A stretch of 64,000 nucleotides of DNA from Yuukianura sp. NJ FZ-2021 (taxonomy: Eukaryota): positions 8,556,001-8,620,000 of the forward strand of contig CM102289.1 of assembly GCA_046563655.1 (NCBI GenBank), given 5' to 3'. The notes beneath the pieces were generated by a model, which was given only the letters and a program-made list of their open reading frames with translations, made no database searches and had not been told where the DNA came from. The position numbers and the translations under genes were made by a program. Positions 1-11,857 of this stretch are shown one piece after another (the stretch's first letter is position 1; every line of letters starts with the position of its first letter).

Positions 1-259
1 AAACAGTAGAATGGGCTCGAATCGAACAGCCAAATTAAAATTTAAATTAAAAACTTGATTCATTGACAATGAAATTCCAGTAAAATTAGTTTATAATACA
101 ATTATACACTTAATCAATTATCACTTCCTGGTAAACTTCATTTTATTGCCAAGTTTATTAGAATTCAACTGTAACACTTAACTGAAGCAAATACTAAAAT
201 TTAATGGTCAATTCCAAACAATAACAATCGAGTTTAAAGTTCAACTCGTCGCCCACATC

Positions 260-3200
260 TTAGATTCCCTCCAGGTAGGATTTTTCTGAAATTGCAAAAG
301 AAAAATTTTAGAATCACGCAACAAAATTTTTGGATGAAATTTTTTTAAAATTTAAAATTTCTTACCCCAAACAGTTACAGTTGGTGAAACCAAGCCGCCA
401 GAATTGCGTTTTGATTTGTACAGAATCCCGACTGCCACCAATGGTCGCCGTCTATTTCTGTCAATATGTTGGACCGACTGTATGTCAATAAACGGAACGA
501 CAGATTGACCTGCGTCTTTTTCCAACGAAGTTGCGTCAAATTCAATGAATTCGGAATTTGTCGGAACGTTAAACGGTTGGGACGGTCCATGTTGACGCAG
601 CGGAGAACAGGCTTCGCTCAAGTCCACTTTTTTTCTTGGTACGACAGGAGTTGGATGTTTTGGTGAACGCCATTCCGTTATGGGTGGATTAGTGACTCCA
701 TGTTTGTCAATTTTGACAAATTGGACGTCAAGTTCGAGCCGATCTTCTTCCAGTCGAAATCGAACGCCACTCACAACTTCACCTAAATGACCTTGCACAA
801 TGTCCAAATTCATTTTACGAAATCCAGTTGACCCCAGAGGAATTGCACCTTTGGGAACTTCTTTGTCTGGATGTGATTTCCAAACTAACTTTGCATCGTC
901 AACTGATCCTTCCCATGGATCCGTCAGAAAACCTTGTTCAACCTGGAAATATAATTAATTAAAATTGTATTATATTAAAATACGTTTTTTGTGTTGTAAT
1001 GATTGAAATATTTACGATTAGCCGCATAGTTTGTCCAGTTTGTTCAAATTTGACTCCGGTCACAATGTATCCTTTGTCTACATCGGCCAATGACTCGGCA
1101 GGGTCAAAGTAGTGTTGACCTTCTTTGGTCAATGGATCGTTGCAGACGCAGAGACAAAGTTCGCAGTACTGCGGAGTGTTCAAAATGACGTTTTCTTCCA
1201 TCGCCCAGCGTTCCTTGGCAACCAGCACTTCGCCTTCGCAGTGTGATTTGGTGGGGTCAACGGCCTCTGGTTCTAAAAAATGAAACATGTCCATGCATAT
1301 TTTTGACAATTTCAATTGTTTTTTAACAATAATTTCATATTATCTGAATCATTTTAACTAATTTTTTTTTTAGAAAAAAAATGTTTTTTTTACTTACCCG
1401 CGGTTGCGTTTCCTTTTGCACCACAAGCGGAGCCTGAGCCAACTTCTTTCCCGTTCAAATTCAACCATTCATATAATCTTCCAGAGTCTGGCTTGCCTTC
1501 GCAAATGGACACTTTTGGAGCAGCCCGAACACACTGAACAATAAAAGATAATAAAATATAATATAATATGATATAATATAATATCTAACATATAATAAAC
1601 ATAATAATATATCTTAAACGATTTCATACCCTTCTAGCTTTTGTAGGGCAATTTGACATCTTCATGCAGTTTTTGCCTGGTTCGCAATGCGATTGCCGGT
1701 AGAGGTCGCAATGTGTCGTTTTGTTTGTGCATGTTGGAGTATTCCCGTGGTAGTCCATACAAGTTCCCAAACACTTTCCAAATGGATTCAAAACCAACTC
1801 GGACTCCAAGTACCCCTAGAAAATTTTCAAAATTTTTATAAATCTTGAATTTTGAAATTAAACTGAACAAATTCCACTAAAAACTCACGCCAAATGCTCC
1901 AGCAAACTGGGCCGTCGTAGTTGGATCAAAAAGTGGCGTTCTGGTGTCAATGTATCCCGGATTGGAGTCGTTAGCGGTTGGCGGTCCTCCTTGCGGATCT
2001 TGAAAATTCAAAATTCAAATTTTGGAAAATGTAAAAAATTCAAAAATTCTTCGAATTTTTAAAAACTTTTATGTTTTAGTTAATTTTTTTACCGAGAGGA
2101 GGATGTTGGTGGTCGGCTCTCGGAGACAAGCCCTCTGGCGGCGAAATCTTGCCCCACTCCGAAGGTGGCTTCGGATACTCCACAAGGTTGTCACGTACAA
2201 TTGGACTTCCGGAGTCATCTACCAGCACTGGAACGGTTTTTACGTGACAATCTGGTATTTCCGTACCGTTAGTATCAACGCACTTCCCGTCTTTGACTTT
2301 ATGAAGCAAAACAGTGCCGTTGGGGTCAGTTGCGACAGTTTCCAGTTTGATACAATTAATGTCCTGTCCGTCATGCGTAACTTTAGTGTCGCCATCTACA
2401 GCCAAGAAAAACAGTTTTAACACAAAAGCAAATTTTAGAGCCAAGTTTGCTTCAAGGGTGACGTCACGTCACTCGTGCCATTGCTCCGAATGAATTGCAT
2501 AGAAACCAATTGCTCCGAAAGGTATATTATTGCTGCAAAAAACAAGTTCGGAGAAATATGCCATTTGGAGCACTTGGATTCGTAGCAATTCGTTTGAAAG
2601 AATTTGCTTCGGAACAATTCATTCGGAATAATGGCATGTAACCTTTTTAACTAACCGTGGAATTTAATTTCAGTTCCATTTTGAAAAACTTGGTTATTTT
2701 GGACATAGACTCCTGGTGGACAGTTTGGAGCTGACAGAATGGGGTGGTCATCTTTAGTGTCGTTAGACGGCGGTGGGCGGTCACATTTGAACAAAAGTGG
2801 CCCTGGAACGATTTCTCCATCATCGGCTTTCAATTCGCCCAATTTGATTTTCTTTTCAATTCTTTCATGCATAGTTTTTTCGAACTCTTTGAATTTTTCT
2901 TCAAAACCCGGCCCTTTCTTTTCTACTTCTGGATCGATCTTAGGTTCCCGCCAAATTTTCATCTCCAAACTGATTTCACGCATCATTTGAATTAGTGCAA
3001 ATTTAATATCAGATACGGACAGGAACAACGCAGCGTCCGTGAGGAGGTCAAATTCGTCCATGATTATGCCAAATTCGTTGTTTCCGTAACAGAACATGTT
3101 TTGATCGGTTTCACGCGGATCCCAGCCGACCTTCTATTTCAAAAAAGAAACATTTTGAAAAAAAAAATTCCGATTTTTTTTTTGTAGAAATTTACCGTTT

Positions 3201-4214
3201 TTCGCAAGATCTTTTCCATGCCACGTATCAAATGATGTTTTTCACCCAACGCAGTCATTTCCGTGTCAATGTGGTGTACTATGCTTTCGACATCCATGCT
3301 CTCAAATGTATCTGTTAAAAATATTGAGTTACACTTTGGAAACATAAAAACTACTTTGAAATTTTGAAATTTACCGCTGTCTTCTTTTATTGAAGTGTTT
3401 GTAACCCATGATGGATAGTGTATCTGGATAGCATCTTCTAATCCTAGTAATCCGTCTGATTTAAAGACATCCAAGAGATGATCAAAAACATGGTGGATTG
3501 TGGTGGCCATTGCGTTGATTTCAATCCATTTTAGACGCGTCTGGTCACGCAATGTTCCGGTGTTTTTCTTTGCGAGCTCGATACACGCAGGACTTCAGAT
3601 AAAAAGTTTCAAAATTTTGGTTTCAAGTTATGTAAAATTATGAATGAAGAACTTACATTGTAGTTAGTCCAATCAAAGGATTGATTTTTGTGTGAGCTCC
3701 GCTATGCTCTAGTCGAGCTGTGACCAATTTAAAGTGGCTCAATATTGGACTAAAGTCGACTGAAAAGTTTGACGAAAAATCTTGGAAATATTTTTTCTTG
3801 TCTTCTGGAGTTGCCTAAAAAAATATATCAGGTTTACATATTTTCGAAATTTTGAAACTTTTTTTTTTGGAATACCGAAATTTTTTCAGTCCAAGTTGTT
3901 TTTAAGGTAGACGTGTAATGGTTCATGAGTTCAAGAGCTGAGGTGGCAATTTGGTTCACGGAATGTACGAATCGGATCCATTTCAAGTTTTCGTGAAACG
4001 GATCCACTTTTTCGTCAATGTCAAAAATGTCTGGCTCAGCGTCAGCAGGCGGAGTTTCCCGTTTAATTCTAGCAGATCGTAGGTTTTCCAGTTCCCATTT
4101 TTGATTCTTCTTGTTACTTCTTTCATTTGCAAAAACAACTTCCGGTTGAACGCAATCTATTATGGCCGCTACAACCAAAAATTCCACAAAAAAGTTTTTC
4201 CAAAACGCCCTCAT
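260..4214 (-). CDS. Secreted DUF4803-family protein, about 11 exons
   Basis: Signal peptide MRAFWKNFFVEFLVVAAIIDC. GT-AG exons join in frame. Motifs GYLESELVLNPFGKCLGTCMDY, YCELCLCVCND..HYFD, IVTGVKF and VVSGVRF match the DUF4803 pattern. The last exon gives WEKSYLEGI* at 260. Confidence 0.8.
2456..2643. mobile_element. Small foldback/MITE-like element in a DUF4803 intron
   Basis: 22-bp inverted repeat, TGCCATTGCTCCGAATGAATTG at 2476-2497 versus 2615-2636 (2 mismatches). Outer ends are GGGTGAC/GTAACC. Confidence 0.5.
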
Positions 4215-4783
4215 TTCAAATTTTTTTAAAAATTGAGTTAGACTACCCCAATGCTGAACCCCTTCTAAAATTGATAGCTCTAACTCTTAAAATTTTCATT
4301 GTTCATTTCCAGGTCATTTCTTAGAATTTCTATTATGATCCAGGTCAGTTTAAAAGTGTTTCAAGCAAACTAAATTTCACTTCCTGGTTTCTATAATTCG
4401 AAATTCAATTTGATTTGCTATTAAAAAACAATTGTGAAAGTTAAGTTGAAGTAATAAACATTTTCATAGTCGATTCACTTTAACGAAATTTCAGTTTAGT
4501 TTAAACTTTAGTACTCCAGAAAATCCTATGCTTACATCATGCTATTTGCAATTTTAAAGCAGAACAAAATGCAAAATTGAGAAATATGAATGGAAAAAAA
4601 TGGATATCGAATTTCCCTCAAAAAGTCTGCTCTGCTCTTTGCTGGAAATGGGATATCAGGGGCGTTTAAAATGTTTCAGACTAAAATTTTTATCATGTTC
4701 AATGTAATTCTGGAAATGCGTTAGTTGGATTTGGTATTTAGAATTGAATTGAGTAAAAACTGAGGTTAATTTAGAGTGTGACG

Positions 4784-6614
4784 ATGGCGTCTTGGACAAT
4801 TTCGGTGAAAATATTTGTTGTAATAATTTTATTAAAAGTTATTCAAAATAAAGTCTTTGCAGCAGATCCAACCGGTAAAGATTTTAGTTTAGATTTGTTT
4901 ACCTAAGAAGATTAATTAATTGTAATTTAAAATAATGATTACTATGATTACTTAGTTAATTGCAATGTAAAGTAAATGAGTTTTGGTATGTTAAAAGATC
5001 TGTCTCGACTGCGAGCTGATCTTCTAGCTGGATATGACAAAAACGCACGCCCAATTCTAAGCCACATGAATACTACTGTTGTTACTATCAATCCATATCT
5101 CAGGGGATTTGAATTTGTAAGAACTACAATACAATAAAAAAAACATAACCTAAACAAACATAGCCTAACATTTCAAAATTTGTTTTAGGATGAAATTCGC
5201 TCAATTTTTACTGTACACTGTTGGACCGTAATGGTAAGATTTGATCAAAAATGTGTATTTTTTCTTAAAAAAAAACGTTTTTTGCGATGTTTTTGAAAGT
5301 TTTGAAATTTTGTTCAAAATTTTTCGTTTTTATCAACAGACATGGACTGACGAACATTTAAAATGGGATCCAAAAAACTACGGCAACTTGACCAACATTC
5401 ACTTCGCGGCTAAGGAAATTTGGCAACCGGATCTTAGCGTCTACAACAAGTAAGAAGGAAATGTTTGTTTGGTGACAAAATTTTGAAAAATTTCCTTTTT
5501 CAATTCTTTTTTTCAAAATAGTTTTGACCAAAGTGAAGTTGATCATTTCAAAAACACGAGAGTGATAGGGCATAGCAATGGATATTTAATTTGGGTTCCT
5601 CCAACGAGATTCCAAGTTGGATGTGAAGAAGACCTGCGCAAATGGCCCTACGACACGCAAGTTTGTTCGGTAATTCTCGGCTCATGGGCTTACGATGGCA
5701 ATCAGCTTGATATAGCACTCCCTGTTAACCAGACTAAGGTACTTTTTAATACACCTTTTAAAAAAAATTGAAAACTAATTTTTTCAAAATTTTAGGTCAG
5801 CGGGTTTGAAATTATTCAAAACAGAGAGTTTGAACTTGTGTCAACTGAAATCAAAAAGAAAACATTATGGTACGGCGACGTGTCTTATCCAGACATTACC
5901 TTTACTATGACCCTGCGCAGACGGTCTGGAACACACACATGCGCAGTGGTAGTTCCAGCACTAGGTAAAATATGCACTGAAATTGTCCAATTTTTCAACA
6001 AATTCAGGCATTTTCAAAATTTTGAAACTGATTTTCAAAATTTGAAGCCATTTCCACTGCCATCTTGATTTCATTTTGGCTACGACCTGGAGCCTCTGAG
6101 CGCTTGGCTCTCATTCTCCTTGTCATCCTCATCAACGCCCTCTACCTCAACCGAGTTTACGTTCAAATTGTTACCCACGGAGACCGTGTTCCGTTAGTCC
6201 GTAAGTCTAAGTTGGAATTTTCAAAATTTTGAGCCAAATTTCGAATTTTGAAACAAAATGTTTCTTTCTTTCAAATTTTCAGTGTTGTTTTACCGGGATT
6301 CGCTGATTATGGTGTCGATCGCTCTGGTTTGGACAATCTGTTTGCGCTACTTGGCTGCAACCAAAAGAACTTCACCAGTTCCGTTGCCAGGATTTGTGGA
6401 AACTTTTTTGACGAGTTTTCCCGCCAAAATTTTGTGTCTTGACCCCCGACCTGCAGTGGGCGCTCAGACTTCGGACACTGACGACGAAGGGAAGCTTGTG
6501 AGCAGTGGGAATCCACATCAAGCTGACTGGGCGTGGCTGGCTCATCTGCTTGATCGAGTTGCTTTTATGCTCTATCTCATTGTGTACATCATCTTCTATG
6601 TCGCCATGTTGTAA
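4784..6614 (+). CDS. Divergent nicotinic acetylcholine receptor subunit (non-alpha), 8 exons
   Basis: Signal peptide; LLAGYDKNARP, WTDEHLKWDP, IWQPDLSVYN; Cys-loop CEEDLRKWPYDTQVC; GSWAYDG; four TM segments ending WAWLAHLLDRVAF. Loop C has no vicinal CC. Confidence 0.92.
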
Positions 6615-6623
6615 CTTTCTGCA

Positions 6624-6780
6624 TAGCATAGATTCTAGCGGGAGTATTTCAAATTGGCATAGTTTCTAGCGGGAAGATCACAAATTAGCATAGTTTTTAG
6701 TAGGAGTATTTCAAATTAGCATACTTTATGGCAGGAATATTTTGAATTGACTTACTTTCTCTCTGGAATGTGTCAAATTG
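6624..6780. repeat. Degenerate 31-bp tandem repeat (about 5 copies) just after the nAChR stop
   Basis: Unit TAGCATAGATTCTAGCGGGAGTATTTCAAAT, repeated with increasing divergence. Confidence 0.75.
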
Positions 6781-7016
6781 GTTTACACCCTAAATTTCCA
6801 AAAATTTTCAAAAATCTCCAACGCCAGTACCATTGATAAACTTGTCAATAATTGAATTTTAACTGATACAAAACATGTTCGGAAAATGAAAACGGATTTT
6901 ATTTTATTAGAATGAAACCAAACTCTGTCAGGAATTCTACAAATTTAACAACTAACAATTACTTCTTTCAAAAATGTAATCTATACTGTAATCTGTACTG
7001 TAAACCTCAGTTTAGC

Positions 7017-7270
7017 TTAAACAGTATGATGGGCGTGAGGCCTGCTGCTGCTGCCATCATACAAATGCTTATTTGGCCGATGTGGCTTCCGCCTTTTCGC
7101 CGTGACTCCATTCATGTCAAATAAAATTAAAAATACAGCAAAGATTACCTGTTTAATAAAAACAGCAAAGTTTAGCAGTAGTGTGACATTTAAAAATAAA
7201 GTGAAGTTAAAATTTTCAAAGATGGACAAGATTGTTGTTGAATTACCGCAAAGTAGTACTTCAAGTTCAT
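7017..7270 (-). CDS. 51-aa secreted cationic His/Pro-rich peptide (paralog 1)
   Basis: Exons 7270-7247 and 7148-7017, phase-0 GT-AG intron: MNLKYYFAVIFAVFLILFDMNGVTA-KRRKPHRPNKHLYDGSSSRPHAHHTV*. TATAAAG on the minus strand at 7351-7357. Confidence 0.8.
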
Positions 7271-7540
7271 TATTTTGGAAGATATTTTGAAGAAAGTTTC
7301 AAAATTTTCGAATTTGTGAAATACTTAGTTTTCACCTGACAAGAACCCCTCTTTATACTATTCGTTTTTCTAAATCGAGGTCATAGTGTATTTTCGGATA
7401 CGTTTTATTTCAAAACGGGATTGGCCGGTGAACTGTCAAAGAAAAATTCAAAATACATACATGTACATGTTGGTGTAAAGATTTGAAAATTACATTTAAT
7501 TCTATTATTATAATATCGTAATGTTGAAATTTCAATATAT

Positions 7541-7773
7541 TTAAACGTGGGGCCTACTACTGCTGCCATCCCATAGCGGCTGAATTGGTTTATGTGGTTT
7601 ATGAGGTTTCTTTGTCGTTTCTCCTTTCACGACAACGATAATGATTGACAGAATTGCAAAAATTACCTTTAAAAATTTAATGATTAGTTAATTATGTGAT
7701 TTAATGATTAATTGCATGATTGATTGATATAATACTAGCTTTTACATACCAGAAAAATGTACTTAAAGTCCAT
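7541..7773 (-). CDS. 49-aa secreted His/Pro/Lys-rich peptide (paralog 2)
   Basis: Exons 7773-7750 and 7666-7541: MDFKYIFLVIFAILSIIIVVVKG-ETTKKPHKPHKPIQPLWDGSSSRPHV*. Same intron position as paralog 1. TATAAAAA on the minus strand at 7855-7862. Confidence 0.8.
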
Positions 7774-8218
7774 GGTGCCAAGATTTCGGATGCTGCTTAG
7801 TGAGTAGTAACTGTAAGATCGAAAAATGCTGAACTTTTACTTTTACAGCGTCTCTTTTTATATCCTTTTTTCCAAAAATTTCTTCAAAGTTTTTCCTTTT
7901 TTAAAAAAAGGTACATGAACAGTAATCGGTTTCTAAAAATAACATGGGAAATAACATGTTGGATGCCAATTACTTTTGGTTTACCGAAATTCCCACATCG
8001 TAAATAGAAATTTAACGGTTCATTTCTAAAATTTATTTTTGACAACTTTCTTCAAAATTGGAATCATATGCTGCTAAAATTGCCACTGCAATAGAAAATT
8101 GCAGTTGCTGTACTAGAAATTGTGCAGTTCACAACATTTAACATTTTTTATTTTTTCATTAGACAGCATAGGTTGTAAATGGATACTGATTTTTTTCAAA
8201 GTGGCTTCCAGTATATGC

Positions 8219-9520
8219 TTATGCTTGGAGTCGTTGACGAAGTCGCTCCAACAACGTGTCGTAGCTTGGGTACAGCGATACTGTGCTCATGTCTTTCCTT
8301 TTCCCGCCAAAACTTTCTTGTCCAACATCACTTAAGTTTCCATCAAAATCGCTTTCGGACTTTTCACAAACATGTTCTTGACCAAACGTGATGCTAAAAC
8401 TCTCGAAAGTTGAGGACGGCTCTGAAAATGTGAAAAAAAAATTCAAAAATTTGAAAATCTGAATAATTTCTCATAAAAATTATTATTATTGAAATATTCA
8501 ATTGAAAACCGTTGTTGTCGTCTTGAAAGTTGAAACTGGCCGTGGATCGTGGAGAACACGGAGGAGTAAGATGGTTGTACGGCAGATCAAAATTGCAAGT
8601 ACTGATTCCAGCATCTTGTTTTCCATCAGTCAAACTTCTTTGCATCCAAGAAACAGGTTGTTCCTTGACATAATCAGAAACTTGGTTATCGTTACTGTCT
8701 ACAAAGGTTGACTTTTTGGGGCCACTGCAAGCTGGACGTGTCAAGTGACTGATGCCTCCGGGCAGACATTGTCCAGGTCTGATCCGAACGTTGTTACTTG
8801 TTGGTTGAATTCTTGTTCCAGTGATGTACAGAGATGGACTGATCGACGCCACATTTGGATTGTCAATCACGAGCCGATACAAAGTAGGACGCCCTCCTAA
8901 GGACTAAAGTAGAAAAAAATTGTTCTTTTCAAAAAATGTACTAACATTTTCAACAATGTCACAAATTTTAATACCTTTGACACAATTCCACTTGCAACTA
9001 ACTTTTCCAGCGCTCGCTCCAACTTGATCAGTGAAGCATCAGTGTTGTATGCACTGGATGCTGAGCGTACAAGAGCCAGAATGTCTTCGTAGTGCATTCC
9101 ACGCTGAAAATAGGCCAATCCTGCCCGAAGTGCTCCAACAATCAACTCGCTTGACGTTTGTCCATTTGATCCATTCTTGAAGGAATCTTCCTTTTTAACA
9201 AAAGATGGAATGTGTACAGGCGGATATGGACGAACGTAGTCATCAAAGAAACTTGAGCTTGACCTCTTGACCAATGAGGGCATAGAATTTGAGCGGAACC
9301 GGGATCGGACTGGAACAGGTTTCGTCGAACCGGGTTCGTGAAAGCGGTTATTTTGAAATTGGGATTGCAGAATTCCTTGAGGTGATTCAAATTGATCTGA
9401 CAGTGATTTTTTGAATGTCGGGCGAATATTTGGTAGAGAGATGCTTCCGCTGACGTTTGTACTGCCCACCCATCGTTTCGGATGTGGATACCCCGGAGTC
9501 ATGTTATTGTTCATTTGCAT
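8219..9520 (-). CDS. Uncharacterised Ser-rich protein with a putative winged-helix domain, 3 exons
   Basis: Three ORFs join through GT-AG introns. Central segment: ELIVGALRA..GMHYEDILALVRS..KLERALEKLVASGIVSK|SLGGRPTLYRLV. Confidence 0.65.
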
Positions 9521-10018
9521 ACCTGCAAGACAAGGTCAAAGGTCAACTTCGCTTTTTCAGAAAAAAATTCCAGGTCAAGGTCAACTTACAACTCAACTTG
9601 CAGCATAAAATTGAAACCTTGAGAATGAAAACAATGAGTGCGTATAAAACTGGCTTTATTTTACAAAAAAAAATGAAACTTTTTTTGTGGGATTTGCTCA
9701 AACATTTCAAACATCACCAGAAAGTCATAAACAAACCAAATCATGCTAAAAACCAAAATTTTTAAATGTTGCCATATCAACGAAACGAAAAAAAATCTGC
9801 CGCCATTCTTGTACTGAACAAAGGGCGCGAAGAAATGGAAAGTTATGAAACTTTTCAAAACTTTCACTTTTGAAAACATATAAATTACGAAACTACGAAT
9901 TCACTTTGTTTTACAAATTCATTGTCTCCACTTAAGTTCTAATTGTTAAAAATTTTATAAAAGGAGGATGGCCTAGCCATTGTTACATTTTTTTAAGTAT
10001 AAAAAATTACTTTCGAAA

Positions 10019-11313
10019 ATGAAATTTCAATATGGCGGTATATTTTTCATTACACTTGGATTGATTGTGACAATTACCGGATACTATGAAGACCCAGGTA
10101 AGTTTTTGCCCAAAATGGATAATTTTTCTATCAAAAACTATGTTTTCGTACGGGAATTTGAAAATAATATAATAATAATTTCATAATAATAATAATAATT
10201 TAAATAATAGTTTCATGATAATTTAAAAATCAGGAATAGATCATGAGTGCCTTTGCCTGTACAACGCTCAGTATCCCAATGGTCATTGCACTTGTGTGCC
10301 ACCATTTGGCGAAAAACCAGAAAAACCCGGAGGAGGAAAACCCGGAGGACCAGGAGGAGGAGAAGGGGATGGTAGAAAATTTAAATATACATCTTAATTA
10401 TCAAACTAATTAGTTACTAATGTAATAATAATAATTTAAATATTATAATTTGAAAATCAGGTCTAACTCACGACTGCCTATGCGTGTACAACGCGCAGTA
10501 TCCAAAAGGTCATTGCACTTGCGTCCCACCATTTGGCGAAAAACCAGGAGAACCCGGAGGAGGAGGGCCAGGAGGAGGAAAACCGGGAGGACCTGGAGGA
10601 GGAGGAAAAGGTAGAAACTTTAAATATGAGTCTTAATTACAGTGAAGAACCAAATTAGGAAACTCGCCCTGATTGGCTCTTTCGAGATAAGCCAACCCCT
10701 CTACACAGTAAAGTTCAAAATCATCTCAATTCCAGGAGAAAGAACAAGTCATTTAAATATTTCTCCACTTTGTTGTTGAGATAAAAAAAAGTTGAGATAA
10801 AAGTTTCCAAATTTGGTGCTTCACTGTATCAAATTAATCAATCAAAGTCACACCTCACCTCATGTTTCCTGTATCACAGATCAAATCTACCACTGTACAT
10901 GTTATTACGACGCTGAGACACCGAAAGGAAGATGCGATTGTGATCCGCCATTTCCAGGAACTGGTGGGCCAGGCAGCCCTCCTGGACAGCCTCCAATTCC
11001 GGATAGACCCCCAGCAGAAACATGCAAGAATTTAAAAAAAAAACGATTTTCAAAAAATGAGTTTTTCAAAAAAATTCAAATTAAGCAAAATTGTTTCCAA
11101 CTTACTTTTTCAGGGCCTGTTAAGTGTACATGTATCAAGAACGACCAGTTTCCCAAGGGCATGTGCTCGTAAGTTTCAACTTCAAAAATTTTTTAAAAAA
11201 TCAACCAAAATTTTTTATCTTTTTTTTTAAATGTGACTATAAATTGTATTAGGTGCGACCGCGACATGTGCTACAACGAAAAATCTGGTGAAAAGAGATG
11301 CGTAAGCGGATGA
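10019..11313 (+). CDS. Secreted ~208-aa protein with four CxC-x10-CxC modules and Gly/Pro linkers, 6 exons
   Basis: Exons 10019-10097, 10234-10371, 10461-10610, 10880-11023, 11114-11168 and 11253-11313 total 627 nt in frame. Signal peptide MKFQYGGIFFITLGLIVTITG. TATAAAA at 9956-9962. Confidence 0.82.
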
Positions 11314-11585
11314 GGTACAACATCAACCATTTGTAAACCATATTGTTACTTAATAAATTTAATTAGTTTGGTGATTTATATAAATCACGACCTTCAACTG
11401 TCAATTTTTTATTAATCTAAGCCCAAGTTCTCAAGAATTACACTTGAAATCGCAAAGTCAATTTGCTTTAAATTCTAAATACCAAAATAAATTGAGATTA
11501 TGAGAATCACTGGAATAAGTTTAAGCGCCATCAAGATTTGTTCAAAAAACATCAAAAAAACCACTTCGACTTCATCTAAAAATAA

Positions 11586-11680
11586 ATCACATGACAAAAG
11601 TCACATGGTAAAAGTCACATGACAAGTCACATGGTCAGTCATATGACAAAAGTCACATGATAAAAATCACATGACAAAAT
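11586..11680. repeat. Short tandem repeat of a ~12-14 bp unit (GTCACATGACAAAA), about 7 copies
   Basis: Repeated tcacatg core between two convergent genes. Confidence 0.7.
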
Positions 11681-11857
11681 GCGCCTGCTATGAAAACCAC
11701 ACCTTTCATTAGACATTTTTGAATAGTAGTAGTTAGTACTCAACGTATAAAATAATTGGACGTTTGAGATAAATATTAAGGCTTATGTTGACAAAATTGT
11801 TCAAAAAATTGAAAATTGTTCACAGCTTGAGCTTATGCAACTGGTAATGAGCAGTTT

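Noticed and set aside
10310..10610. Springtail-type Gly-rich antifreeze protein or collagen
   Set aside because: The Gly/Pro linkers are short and do not hold a regular Gly-X-X period.
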